Source: Amoebidium appalachense
Lineage: Eukaryota; Protista; Ichthyosporea
NCBI GenBank assembly: GCA_963693365.1
Contig: CAVNZM010000005.1
Location: forward strand, 10,210,334-10,274,333
Length of the DNA stretch: 64,000 bases
Direction of reading: 5' to 3'
Below are positions 1 through 30,876 of the stretch, in pieces (the first letter of the stretch is position 1; each line of letters opens with the position of its first letter). The translations under genes and the position numbers were made by a program. Under the pieces are notes generated by a model. It was not told the origin of the DNA, made no database searches, and was given only the letters and a program-made list of their open reading frames with translations.

Positions 1-379
1 GTTCTTGTGGAGAGTGGTTGGGTGGCGGTAGAGGAGGGAAAAGGGGGGGGGGGGGTTGGGTTGTGTATGTGGGGGGGGGGGGGGGGTGGAGGGGGGGGGG
101 GGGATGGAGGGAGAAGGGGTGGGGGGAGGGGGGGGGGGGGGGTTGGAGTCCTTGAATCACGGGTAATGAGGTGCAGCTTCTTTATATCTCTGAGTCAAAG
201 GATTAAACGATTCCAATTACTCCCGGCATAGCATTTGCTAGGAAAAAGAGGGAGATGATGGGTGAGTGGGGTTGGAGGGCGGGGGGGGGGGGGGGGGGGG
301 GGGGGAGGGGAGGGGGCAGAGGGGGCGGGAGGGGGAAGGAGAGACTGGGGGGGGGGGGGGGGGGGGGGGGGGGGAAAGG

Positions 380-422
<43 letters not shown>

Positions 423-471
423 TGTGTGTGTGTGTGCGTTTGCGTGTGTGCGTGTGTGCATGTGTGTGTGT

Positions 472-567
<96 letters not shown>

Positions 568-1218
568 TGGTGGGCCGGGGAAGGTTCCCGAGAGTTTGGG
601 GGGGGGGGGGGGGGGGGGCTTTACTTTAACACCCCGTCCCCCCTCCCCCCCTCCCTTTCTTTCTCCCTTAGACCGCTTTTTCCTGATGCATCTACCACCA
701 TCGCTACTTAGCCATTAACCTCTTGATTTTCACAGTGACTACGCCTAAAATGCAACTCGCCCACCATCCAATCGTTTCTTTTGTCCATATCCACACATCT
801 GTGAAAATTCCCTCTCCCTTCCTCTCTTTCCTGATGGCCGACAGGATGGGCGACCCGGATTGCGCTGTGCCTGTGCAACAAGCGATTTCCCTGTTTTTCC
901 ATTCACAAATACACAAAACCCCCAAAACGTGCACAGGTATGCAGCCGTGCACGTGGACACAAAAGCACACAGCAACAGATCTCACACGTACACTGGCAGG
1001 GTCAGGGATATTGGCGGCTATCAAGTTGGAGCAAAAACATGTACATCGACGTTTCCTACTCGCAATGGCTTAAACACGTGCACACTACACACATCATCAC
1101 CGTTTGGTGACAAGCAAACCTGCATGCACACCCAACTCCACCCCGAAACTCACGTTCATTTCATTGTTGTAACCGGGGCGTAGCTATCTATACTGTGTGT
1201 GTGTGTGTGTGTGTGCGC

Positions 1219-1252
<34 letters not shown>

Positions 1253-1383
1253 GCGCGCACGTGCTGTGCCATGTTTTCGACCTTTGGTTGCAGGTGTGCG
1301 TATTGATCAGACTATGTGTACATGTCACGATGCGCGCGTACATATGTAGGCCTGCGCGTGCGTGTGTGTGTGTGTGTGCGTGC

Positions 1384-1424
<41 letters not shown>

Positions 1425-1518
1425 GGTGTGTGTGTGTGTGTGTGTGTGCGTGCGTGCGTGTATGTGTGCATGTGTGTGTGAGGGTGTGTGTGTGTGTGTG
1501 TGTGCACGTGTGGGTGCC

Positions 1519-1552
<34 letters not shown>

Positions 1553-1575
1553 CGTGTGTGTGTATGTGTGTACAC

Positions 1576-1611
<36 letters not shown>

Positions 1612-1688
1612 TGTACAAATGGGGGAAGGAGGGGGGAGAGGAGAGGAGAGGGAGAGCGAGAGAGAGAGAGAGGGAGAGAGAGAGAGAG

Positions 1689-1779
<91 letters not shown>

Positions 1780-1800
1780 TCACAGAGAGAGAGAATTTAA
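1..1800. repeat. Simple-repeat block: poly-G, (GT)n, (GA)n; probably introns of an unresolved minus-strand gene
   Basis: Long G runs and (GT)n/(GA)n tracts with the same polarity as introns of the minus-strand DHHC gene; no convincing exon chain could be assembled. Confidence 0.75.
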
Positions 1801-2149
1801 GGGGATGAGGAGGGGAGAGAGACAGGAAGGGACTCAGCAGGATCTATCTGTCACGACCGTTGTTGAAGCACGCTGTGCATGCACGTCAGGCATTAGGTAG
1901 GCTACCCTTATTATATTCGGCACCTGCCTTCTGATGTCCCCTCATATATATATGCAAGCCTAGCTGGGCCTTGTTGCGGGAAGTGCACGCGGACAGCTAC
2001 ACGCGGACAGGGCCTTTGGCCACGTGGTGTGGCATTCCTGATAACAAGTAAAATAGTAATCAGAATCGTCTCATTCGTCTGGGCCCGCCAGTCACGCAGA
2101 GGAGGGGATCCGGATGTGGATTCCTTGTCGGAATATATATATATATATT

Positions 2150-3255
2150 TTTTTTTATTATTATTTTATTTTATCACGTTTTGTTCCCGGAGGGCCTTTT
2201 CGGGCCCTCTAGGGAAACTACCGTCTACCACACAGCACCGACAGTACACTAGTTAGGTGCTATCTATGAGTTCAGCTAGCTAAACCATCCTTCACAACCT
2301 AACTATAAGTACACACTTTGCCCAGGGCTACTACCCCAGCCACGCTGGCAGGAGGCTCCAGTCCTCCCCTCCATTCAAACCTAGCAATAAACGTTAACCG
2401 AGGGCTCTCATTGGTCGATCTACGGTTTTGGGAAGTCCTAGGTGTTGTGTATAGTGTTTACGGTGGGTATGGGTGGATGATGGGGTGTGGTGGTGGTGGG
2501 GGGGGGGGTTGCTGCCTAACATTATGTGCTGTTGTACGTATGTTGTGGCGATGTTTTTGTGGACTAAAAGGTGGGTTTTACAGGGCACACCGGGTCTGTG
2601 TGTGTTCCGGCAGTCAGAACAGGCCGGCCGGGTGTGTGTGGGGGGGTGTATTTGTTGGTGTCTTGGGTTTTTGGGGAGCCTTACTTTTCTTTCTACGGGT
2701 GGTGGGTATATGGTGGTGTTTTTGCATTTTGGGGTGGGTGGGGGGGAGTGTTGTGTTCCGTGAGTGCCAAATTTTTGAAAAGAAAAAGGACTGCAACTCT
2801 ATTGTGATTTTTCCTAAGATGGCCCGGGTGGTGGTCTTGGTGGTGCCGGTGGCTGCAAGTAGTGGGCCCGCCGATCGTGGGCAGAATCCCCGTTCGAACC
2901 ACCTTATGTCTTCGGGGTCTGGTGGGTCACCGTTGCCTCCTATCCAGTTTATCCATGCACATTGGTCTACCACCGTGGCTGCCGTATGGTGGTGTTGTGC
3001 CGTGGGGGTGTTTGGATGGCGAGTGTGCAGGACGTTGTGGATGCAGGCTGTAATGGCCGTGGTCAGGGTGGGGACCTCCCCGGCATGGACCGGGCAGGCC
3101 CAGAGGTGGGTGGTGGTCTCAGGGTGCTGGCTGCACCGGGGGCATGTGGGCTGTGTAACGACGGTGGGGTGATCTCGGTGTAGCCGTGCCATGGTAGGCA
3201 GTCTTGTCGGAATAAAACGATGATAATAATGACCGGATCCCAGTGTGTCATGCAT
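2150..3255 (-). mobile_element. 5'-truncated L1/Tx1-like LINE (ORF2 C-terminus + 3' UTR + A-rich tail)
   Basis: ORF 2614..3255(-) contains RLPTMARL...CPRCSQHPETTTHLWACP (C-terminal CCHC, zf-RVT-like) and KIWHSRN, typical of the L1-clade ORF2 end. The element ends in an A-rich (TAAAA/TAA)n tail near 2150-2172, and the 3' UTR recurs at 42822-43018. Confidence 0.75.
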
Positions 3256-5019
3256 ACTTGTTAAATTTATTAATTTTCAATTACTACCATTGAGTATTAC
3301 CTTCTTCACAAGGGGAGTTTCTCAAAAATTCGGAGCTGTGGCCTGACCATATGCATGCCGGGAGACCTTCCGTACCTGGCTATCGTTTATTCGGAAGCCT
3401 TTTATCATCGACGCCATCGGATTATAACGGTTGCAATTGAAGCTATGTCAGTTATCATATCATTATTACTTTTTATCCGCTGGCCTACACACGCATGCCT
3501 TTGAATGAAATACATATGCCCATGCATTTAGTAGCTGTATGTATAACAAAGGAAGTGGGTAGGGTGACTCCTAAATGTGGCACCTTTGCAGCTCTAAGAC
3601 TCTTGTTTGCCTGCTCACCAGCACCAGTGCTGGTGCCGGTCCACCGGATCCCCAAAACTCATATGTGTGGGGTGAGTCGTATGCGTATGTTTGTATTTTT
3701 TTTCTTTTGACTCGGTTTTATTGATCCGTTGATGAAGGCAACGTGCAGCCACAGGCTACATAACCACCAATAGAAATGAAAAAGCCAAAGCTACGAAATA
3801 AAAATAAAGCGACAAGTGACAAAGGACACCAGCGGGCAAAACCTTAAGTGTACGTGTATGCGTGAAACTAGTTTGCTCCAACTAGTATGATGCATTGATG
3901 TTGACCAGACCACACTCCGCAAGAAGACATCATTACTGCTGCTTCCCAACAGGCTCCCCTCAAAACCTACCGAGGCACAGCAAGCAAGTCAGCCTCTAAA
4001 AGAGCAATGCAGACCAAATCTGAGCTAAAAAACAATCCCAACGGGGGGCGGAGAAACTGCATCTAGCTCTCTTAAGGTGGCCTAGTTGTGGCAGGACACA
4101 CAGAAAAACACAATTAGAGAATGCATGCAAGCAAACCCGGTCATTGCCATACGACTGGAGGCTAAGGACTGGCAGTCACTTGGAAAGCTCCCCGACGACC
4201 AAGTAGCCGCCCCTCCACTCACGCAGCGCAGAAGTAGCTGAAGAAGTTGCAGCAGCCCACCGCCAATAGGTCGCGTAGAAGCGTAGACAGCGTGTAGAAG
4301 AACATAGGTTGCAGTGGCCACCAGGTGTTGAAGAAACCACTTCTCAAGCGAGAAACTCCGCGAAAGGGAGATGCCCCCACACTCTCACAGCAGTAGGAAT
4401 ACACCAGGCCACACCACACACACGCTGCAGTCACGTTCCCCTGAGTGGGACTCCCTCCCACCACAAAAAGAAGAAACGAAAGCCTTATATACCTGCCATG
4501 GCCATGGTGAAGAATCGGGAAAAAAAGTTGACGTGACAGCTAAGAGATCGAAGTGAAAGTGTTTGTAACAGACGATTTACGATTTTCCGGTTGCGACATT
4601 TAGGCCACGTGAAAATCCGTTACAGACATAGGACTGCGTGTGGTCCTACATGTAGTAAAAATCGTAAACTTCACACTAAATATGGGTATTTTGGTCTAAC
4701 GAGGGCTCCATTTTCCGTATCTACTAGCTACATACTGATACACATATGGAAACGAGGTCTAAAATTCCCGGGAGCGCAGGTACGGACATACGATCGCCCG
4801 CCCCACTTAGTAGTATTGGGGGACCCGACCACTAAAGTTATGAGCCTATCACTGCACGTCAACTCCCCCGCAAGGAGCGGGGCAAAAATCTTGACACACA
4901 AATGATACCGCGGACCGCGGTTGCAGTGGCCTTAAGAATATGAAGTGCAGAGATGTGGAGGAGTCAGCACATATGTCAAACAAGAGTGGGGTAATAGTAT
5001 AAGAAAAAAATAAATCTGT

Positions 5020-5053
<34 letters not shown>

Positions 5054-6542
5054 TTAGCTAACTTGATCATCCAACGGATAATTCCCCATGCACTTTCTCT
5101 GAAGCTTGTATCTCCAGATTCTCCAGCTATGATGAGAAAGTATTTGCCCAAATTAAAGAATGCACCCGATTGGCTTAGAAAAAACAATCGCGGTTCATTA
5201 GGATCGCAATCTGTTTGTGTATTTGGGGCTCCAGCGCTTGAGTGGGGGAAAAGGGAACCACCAGATTGTAAGCGAACCTCTATTTTAATAAAGTCTTAGT
5301 TTGTGAGTTGTAACATTCAGCACATGTTGCACTGAAGCTATAAACTTAGAATAAGCCACCTGCACAACCTTATATCCCCGGCCAGTGCCACACCGACCTT
5401 TGTAAACCCCCTAGACTACTGTGCTAAAGCATCTGGTATACAAATGTTTTTTTTTAATGACTTTATTGATATGCTCAGCAAAATAGAAGCCATCGAGATT
5501 TACAAATGTGCCTGGACCCTCAGGAGCCGCAGTTGAGGTAAATACTGTGAGCATGGCATTGCTTCGGCTGAATATGCTCGGTAATTTCTAAATTCTTTTA
5601 TTGATTTATTTGCTTTATGAAGAAAATAAAGAACGAATAGCTCAATGGCCAGGTTTTTGAGGGTCATGGGCAATGGGGCATGCAACTGACCAGAGAGTGA
5701 TCATGATGTCACGCACTTCTAGTGAAATTACACGAAAGAACATATCATTTTTGTTGGAATGATCAGTTGATCAATGTGTCGCAAAAATGCAACACTAAAT
5801 TAAACTCTGTGCAAATTGATCATAGAAGACAGCTCTTCCAAATTTAATTCTTTACTTACAGCCAGGAAGCTGACCCTCATCAACAGTATCGACCTGGCCC
5901 TGACTACATAGCTTGAAAGGTCACCCTTCAGGTAAATAATATATTATGTTTTTTGTTTGAAACTTTAACCGATTTTCAAATTCTCTTCATGCAAAGTTCA
6001 CTCACGGGAGAGTTTGTAAGCCAGTGGCTCACCAGCTGATTGCGCGGCTTCCAGGCGTTTCTATTTGCCGTCTCCCAGCGCTCCTATTGGTTCCCTTTTT
6101 GGCAGCCCACGTGATGTCACACAACAAACTTTACAAAGTGCTTTTTGGGCCCCCACAAAAAGCTTTTACGCGTGCGCGTTACTAATCACATTTTTGGGGT
6201 AGTGATAGTGTCGATAGCTTTTTTTCTTTCTTTCTTCGTTGACACTTGAAACGAGTGTCACTGCGTGCTCAAAAGCTCCGAAAGAAATAACCTCACCTCA
6301 AGGGTAGAGTGCGTTTTTGGGGCAGCAACTCTCAAGAGGCGCCTGCGAGCCCTTCTCTCTATGTAGCATCTTGTAAACCATAGACAGATCTGTAGGTCAG
6401 GTCAGGTTATGTACACGGTTAATTTGGCAACTTTTGAGTTCTACACCGAGGCTCAAGTTGAAGTTTGTAAATAGATTTCTTGTGCTTTCCAGTGAGGTAA
6501 CTTTATCGCCAACAAGTTGCTGATAGGCTATTAGATCAGCGC

Positions 6543-7517
6543 ATGTTTAGAAAGCCAACCACAACTGGCACTTCTGCTGTTGTACACGTTCCACCACGTA
6601 CAACTACAAACATTGCAATCTTATACACAACATTCCAAATGTCCGTGTTTGCCTCTGCTCCAACCACGCGCACCTCCCTGCTTAACCACCACCCATCCCC
6701 TAGAATGTGTCGTGGTTTACCCTCTGCCGTCCACAGCGTCATGGATTCAGGACTGTTTGCACAGACACACAAGTATGTCAACAACTTCAAAACATCAACA
6801 GTTGAAGCTCATGAAACTTCATGCCAAAAATCCAATCTACGCCATGGTTCCCCTACGTCACACCACGCACACAACCACACTAGACATGTACGGTTCTCAG
6901 CCGATGTTGAGGTGAAAGAGTACGACACGCTCCAGGCCCCTCATTTATGCAACCATCGCCCCTTCCTGGATGTGCGCACCAGTGACTCCGGTTTGGATTT
7001 TGACTTCAGCTATTTGAAAGATGGGCAAAATGCACCGCGAGGTGGTCTACTTGCAAAGGCAGCACATTTCGACATTGCGTCGGTGGTTGCCTGTGCGTGC
7101 GGTCCTTCTTCGAGCACGGGAACTTCCATGCTTCCATCACAAGTACCATCCGCACAGCGGCGTTTGGAATGCAGTTTCTCACCGAGGCCGCTGGATCCTT
7201 CTCGTGGAATCAGGCTCACGCAAGTACGCTTTGATCCGCGTATGTCACGTGCGACATGTACGATGCAAGTGCGTGGACAGCAGCCCATAGGAAAGGTCTA
7301 CCTGAGGGTTACCTTTGATGATTGGGCGACTTTTATGGACATCGATGCAAGAAGGGTGGTGGGAGAGTGGCATAGTGTGCACGTGTGTGTGCCTGAAACA
7401 CGTGGGGTCAGTGTGACGGTGCTGAAGTTTGCCGTGTGCGTGCAGTGGGAGAATGGAGATTGCGATTGGGACAATAATGGAAACGCCGACTACAAGGCGA
7501 CGTTGGTTATGGCTTAG
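6543..7517 (+). CDS. CBM21 carbohydrate-binding protein with RVxF motif; PP1 glycogen-targeting subunit (PPP1R3/Gac1-like)
   Basis: 324-aa ORF with no coding introns; RHVRF PP1-docking motif; C-terminal KVYLRVTFDDWATFMDI...FAVCVQWENGDCDWDNNGNADY matches the CBM21 pattern. The start could be a downstream Met. Confidence 0.85.
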   Translation: MFRKPTTTGTSAVVHVPPRTTTNIAILYTTFQMSVFASAPTTRTSLLNHHPSPRMCRGLPSAVHSVMDSGLFAQTHKYVNNFKTSTVEAHETSCQKSNLRHGSPTSHHAHNHTRHVRFSADVEVKEYDTLQAPHLCNHRPFLDVRTSDSGLDFDFSYLKDGQNAPRGGLLAKAAHFDIASVVACACGPSSSTGTSMLPSQVPSAQRRLECSFSPRPLDPSRGIRLTQVRFDPRMSRATCTMQVRGQQPIGKVYLRVTFDDWATFMDIDARRVVGEWHSVHVCVPETRGVSVTVLKFAVCVQWENGDCDWDNNGNADYKATLVMA

Positions 7518-10245
7518 TAGTGGCGGTTTTCCAACACCTTTCATCCAATGTTATCGCCTTTGTTTTTTCTCTTTTGTTGCCAGGTTGTAAGTCTATTGTG
7601 GCCCTACTCTAGAGTCGGTGTGTCTGTTTTTTCCCTCCGCGGTGAAGTTCTGTTTTTAAGACCAAGGATCATGCTTGCTGCATGTTATAATTTTGTTAGA
7701 TACTTATTGAACAAGCGGACATATCCTGTCTTGTACATGGTACGAGAATTGCAATCATGATAAAACATACGTAAACAGTGATGAATGCCGTATGCATGTA
7801 CAGGATACCTAAGCGCAGGCTGTCACATCCAGCATTTTTTTTTTTTTTTTTTTTTGCGCTTTTTTTTTTAAAACGAGAGGGGGCTCTTTGTCATCTCAGG
7901 ATATGCGTTATGATAATCATCTACAAATGATACAAGATAGACATTTATTCTTTGTCTTTGAAGAGGTGTACTAACTTGCCGTATACATGGTCGTGTGTAT
8001 CAATCAGATATAGCATAGAAGATCATAAGATAGTATATAATGAAGCCTTGAAGTATCATCTCCACCTTGTTTTCTTTTATTGTTGTCTACAATTCCCCAT
8101 GCAGATCTGGCTTTGGAAAGCAGTACACTGTATGATGCCACATCAGTGACGTGTACAAAGTAGTTCAGCGTATGTAGCACACAGTATACGTGCCTGGGCG
8201 GGGTTCATTTCCGTAATCGAAAATTTCTAATGGTTGTTATGTTTATGGATCTCGTAAACTCATGTATGCTACTGAGATATAGTGATTAATTGATTTTTGC
8301 AAACGGGAAGGAATATATGCTGTTTACAATCGACACACCATGTGGGGCAGTGATTTGGTGCCGGCACCAAAGCCCAATTACAAATTTGAACAGTAATTCC
8401 ACCCAATAAGATATACTTAAAGCCGTTACGAAAAAATAAAATGAAGGGAGATATATCTCGTTAGTTGTGGCCGATTATTATTGTATACCCAAATCTTGAT
8501 GTTCTCTGCAAAGTTTTCTTGGTAGGTGCGAGCTGTGCGCTTAAATTTCCTTGATCCAGGGGGGTCTATGATCGACTTGGCGGGGGCACAGATTGGACCC
8601 CCGACTCCACCTTAACTAAGTGAGCGTTTTTCTAATGGATATGTACAGGTGTACACCTTGCATGGGGGATATGCCCAAAAGAGGTAACCCCATACTAGGC
8701 AAAAACCAATTAATTCGCTTGCTGACATCGGCAGCTGGTGACGTAGACACGCTTCCAAATAAAATTAATACCACAATGACGCCTTACTGACACCAACTCG
8801 TAGGTATCATGCCGGCAAACCCCGACCTGGACCTTCACCCGCATTAACAACTATAAATGTGGAATTCCTCTATGGCATGCACGCGTTATAAGAAAAATGC
8901 CTAAAAAAGGGCATAGCCATATATAGTGAACCCAATCTTTAATTGCGCTCGGGGACACTGTTGTGAAATTCAAAGACGTTAATGTGACGTAATACCTATG
9001 GTGCCGGAACCCTGAAGCCCTCCAATTTCAGATCCCAAAATCACCCCGATCCGAGGGATTGTCGCTCTCCATAGAATTGAGATATTTGAGAAATGGACAC
9101 ATCATAATGTCCGTCTTGATGTCTACTTCAAATGCACCCGGACGCTTGCCCGCTGCCACCACAGGAACGTTTTGAAATTTTGGTTTGAAAATTGAGATTT
9201 TTACTAATTGACCCTAGATTGGCGCTTTTTTGGAAAACAATGAAGGAGGGGTGAAGGTGTTCTACGTGCTCAGCACAGTCGACTTATCCACAAAACTCTT
9301 TTCAGAAATCCAAATTTCGCAAAAATAACTGAAATATTTGTGAAAACATAAAGAACCCCCCCCCCCTGGGGGTCAAGTTCCAGACCCGTATATATCCATA
9401 GACTATCTATATCTATATCTATTTATGGTATATCAAGCATATCTCTAGACTGGTTTGATGACGTCATCGGCTGAGGTCGGGGGGTAAAATTGGCGCTTTT
9501 TGGGTTCTCTGCGCCATCATGACAGATCTCGGTGAGGCCGTTCGAGTTATCCAAGAATTTTTGAAATCGGCCGACGAGAAGTATTTTTTTTTCTTTTTTT
9601 TTCTTTTTGGAGTGCTACAGACTACCGGCACCATACGGAATCGTTGCTTCACGCCGGCCAGGAAGCGCCGACATAAAACTCGGTTACACACAGCCTTACG
9701 TGGTCTACATATGCGAGATGGTTTGAGATATGTGCATATGTCGAGACTGTAAGCATGGACCACATGCGAAAGTATGTTTCGAGAAGATTGTAATACCCAA
9801 TCCCGTCATCCGGATCCACAAATGATTTTTATTTTTATTTTTTTGAAAAAAATGGAGAGGGGGAGGGGGGGGGGGGGGGGGGGCAGCCTTTACAAAGCAG
9901 CTGCAGGGGGCACCCCCAGGGCACAGGGTGCTAAATTTTTTCGCATACGCAAGGTGTACAATTGCAAAGTTATGTTTATTACACGTCGAGCAATGTCGTT
10001 TCCTTTTTAAAAAAAACTCAGAGCGGAAATTCAGATCTAAAACGGCCATAAGAATGCGAATGTGTAGAACTTACATGATATAGGGACTCGGCCATCCGGT
10101 GCGAGCACATGTACTGTATCTATGTACAGGGCACGCATTCTTACATGAGATTTGATCGATTGAGAAGGACGTAAAACTTTGACATGCTTCCCTTAAATAT
10201 CTGATATGGTAAATATTTATTGTACCGGGTGTGTGGGCGGATTGG

Positions 10246-10354
<109 letters not shown>

Positions 10355-10460
10355 CGTCTGTCTGTGTGTGTGCGTGCGTGCGTGCGTGCGTGCGTGTGTG
10401 CGTGTGCGTGTGCGTGTGCGTGTGCGTGTGCGTGTGCGTGTGCGTGTGCGTGTGCGTGTG

Positions 10461-10551
<91 letters not shown>

Positions 10552-11470
10552 GGTAGAAGGGGGGGGTGGAGGAGGGGCGAATGTGCTGAAAAAGCAGGAT
10601 GCGAGGCAAACCCTATTGGATACCCCAATCTGAATAGAAATTTCACATCCACTAATATAAATGAGTAAATACTATGGTAAAGGCTAAAGGGTACCTCAAT
10701 ACCTAAGTATAAGTATGAAAATGCATGTGTAGATATATTGCTATAAGGAATTTTCCTCACAGAGCCCTCATCCTGAAAACCGCTTGCCGATTTGCGTAAC
10801 AAGATGTAGAATTTAGGGGAGCAGGCTCCCTAGGTCAGAACAAAAGGTATAACTATAAAGAAGAATAGTGAACATAATACAACAAAACAGAACACGTTTT
10901 TTAAAGAAGAAATTAAAATATCAATTACATTCCCGAAGTTATAAACGTTGGAGTCCGGGCTGTCGGGGGCTCTCACCCCTAAAAATGTTCCCCACCGATC
11001 AAACACAACCTCCCTGCATGCATTCAACTTGTCACTCATGATGTCACCTGCTCCTACCCCATGCCTAATTATCCCCCCCCCCCCCCCTGGTGGACCACCG
11101 GGACAAACCATAAGAAAAAGTGAAAAGGCTTGATAATTGGGGGAGGGGAGGGGGGGGGGGGGGGATGGGGGGGGGGGGAGAAAGGGGGGGGAGAGAGGGG
11201 GGGGGGGGGGGGAGGGGGATGGGGGGGGGGGGGGGGAGGGGAGAAAGGGGGGGGGGGGAAGGGGGGGGGGGGGGGGGGGGAAGGAATATCAATCCCCACA
11301 CCCATCGTGGTGGTGGTCGAATAGACGACCCAATGGGTGCTAGAGAGATGCAAGACAGGTTGCCTGCTCGCAAAAAAAAAAAAAAGACCAAAAAAATAGG
11401 AATATAGAAACTTACATCGTCTACGTGTTATAGGCCTAGTGGATCGTTATAGAACCCACGCTTTTGCAAA

Positions 11471-29013
<17,543 letters not shown>

Positions 29014-29499
29014 GTTTTTGGAACAGGTAGGGAGAAATGCTATGTGTGCATGGAGACAACAACACGTTTGCTGGGGCGACATATGTGTTCTACCTCTGCA
29101 AGGCCGCGGTTAGTGGGGTGCACGGGGGATAATGCGGGATGGTGGGGAGGTGAGAGGCGGTGGGTGGAAGAAGGGAGGGAGAAAGAGGGTTGGATGGCGG
29201 TTGGGAGGAGGGGGGGGGGGGGGGGGGGGAGGTTGAGAGGAGGCCATGCAGGATTACATGGAAGGAAGTGAAGATGGGGGCGAGTGATTGATATATTCGA
29301 ATTGTGTTTCGTATGCAACTGAAGGTAATCTAGCGGAGCTTTTGCCTCTAATAACTTGAATAACCAATATTCGGAGAAGTTGAAAAAAAAAGACCGAAGG
29401 AAAGGAAGGATTCTCCCCCCCCCCCCTCCCCCCCGCCCTCCCCCTCTCCCTCCCTTCCTCAAAATTTTGAGGGTTTGAAGGAAGAACTGGGGTTTACAC

Positions 29500-30570
29500 A
29501 CTATTTATTGCTGTGGACACTGTCTGGGGCCCAGCCTCACTCGACGGCCAGTGACTGCTTTTTCCAGCAGCCAAAATTTTGGCGCCAAATATTTGTGCGA
29601 GACTCTCTTTAGATTGGTAGGTTTTCAACTAGCTTTATATGGTTATAAAATCAGGTTAGGAACTCGGCGATCTGGATGACACTGACCCCGAGTCGGAGAT
29701 AGCCTCCGGGCAATGCACTCGTTTTTCCTTTTATTATTTTACCTATTTCTTTTTTTTTGGCTGCGGCGGTGCCATAAAAAATCACCCCGGTGCCATTATA
29801 AAGTCTCAGTGAATGGTGGTGCCCATGGGGTTTGACCGCCGACGGCCGCTAGGCACTCAACTCGCCAACTCCCGGGACGCTGCCGGCATGACCACGACAG
29901 CACGGCCCTCTGAAAAAAAGAGGGCCGTGACGACAGTGTCGACACTCTAAAAATCCTGGGAGGCCGGACCCGGATGCTCGAGGGTAGCCATCCGACGACC
30001 TTACTTTCTGTAAGATTTACGAAGAAATGTGCACTTTGCCTCCAGCCACGCACGAGTGGCCGACTTTTTATATGCCTGCAGCAACAACGAAGTCGCCAGA
30101 ACCACCAAAAGAGCATGCTCTCCTGAAGGAAGGCGTGACCCATGCAGCGGACTCGACGAGATCTATTTTACCCATAATGAGTTCTGATTGCTGCGTATTG
30201 ATTGGATACTTCTAAACCTTGCGGCCGTGGTGGTATGTAGCAAAGCGCAAAATGATTGGTCACCAAAAACTATTCCTGGCTGCCGGGCGGCATATGATAG
30301 TGGTGATCGATTTTTTGGAGGTTATAAAATGCAAATAGAATAAAGCAGTCACTTCACTGAGTTCATATTAAGCAAAAAATAAACTCTTGTAAATGGAGCA
30401 ACAGCTTTACCGCTGGTCCCTACTGTATGAAGTCAGGGCGTAGGTATTGTGCAGGGCAGCGGAACGAAGACACCATGTTACTACTCGCCCGCATCATAAT
30501 CGAACACCGCTTGGGATTGGTGGAGACATTTTGCCGCGCTCTACGTGGGTGCGAAAGCAACCAATAAGAT
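29500..30570. promoter_or_regulatory. Putative bidirectional promoter between the DHHC gene and the GATA gene
   Basis: Repeat-free interval between divergent genes; palindromic E2F-like TTTGGCGCCAAA at 29578-29589; several CCAAT/ATTGG boxes (~29613, 30201, 30255, 30517, 30561). Confidence 0.5.
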
Positions 30571-30876
30571 GCGATTTGTATGAGTCATCCAACGAGAAAC
30601 CACCTGGCAACTCCTCCGTGTCTCCACGTACTGACATGTGCAACTCTGTGTCCAAAGGCGACCATTTCATGTGTCACTCTTCACTCTCACTCATGCAATC
30701 ATGGAGTTTGCAGGGTAGTTTCCTGGTGTTTGGTGAACTTCAAAATTTGTTTTATTTATAGACAATCAGTTTACCGTAAAAGGCGTAAAAGGATCAAATT
30801 TTTCACACCGTGTCTAGTGTTTCTTACCCCAAGATTTGATGCTAATAAGCTCACATGTTTACTAATACAGCCCTCT

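Noticed and set aside
2318-3172. 284-aa plus-strand ORF
   Set aside because: Antisense shadow of the LINE ORF2 fragment.
4070-4935. Possible TTAA-flanked DNA transposon, with a 13-bp direct repeat GGTTGCAGTGGCC at ~4307 and ~4919
   Set aside because: No matching TIR pair or transposase motif found.
8160-8213. tRNA-like A/B box resemblance
   Set aside because: No cloverleaf can be formed and the B box is mismatched.
8550-10100. Sequence reminiscent of MITE or Helitron debris
   Set aside because: No termini, TSD or second copy could be defined in the window.
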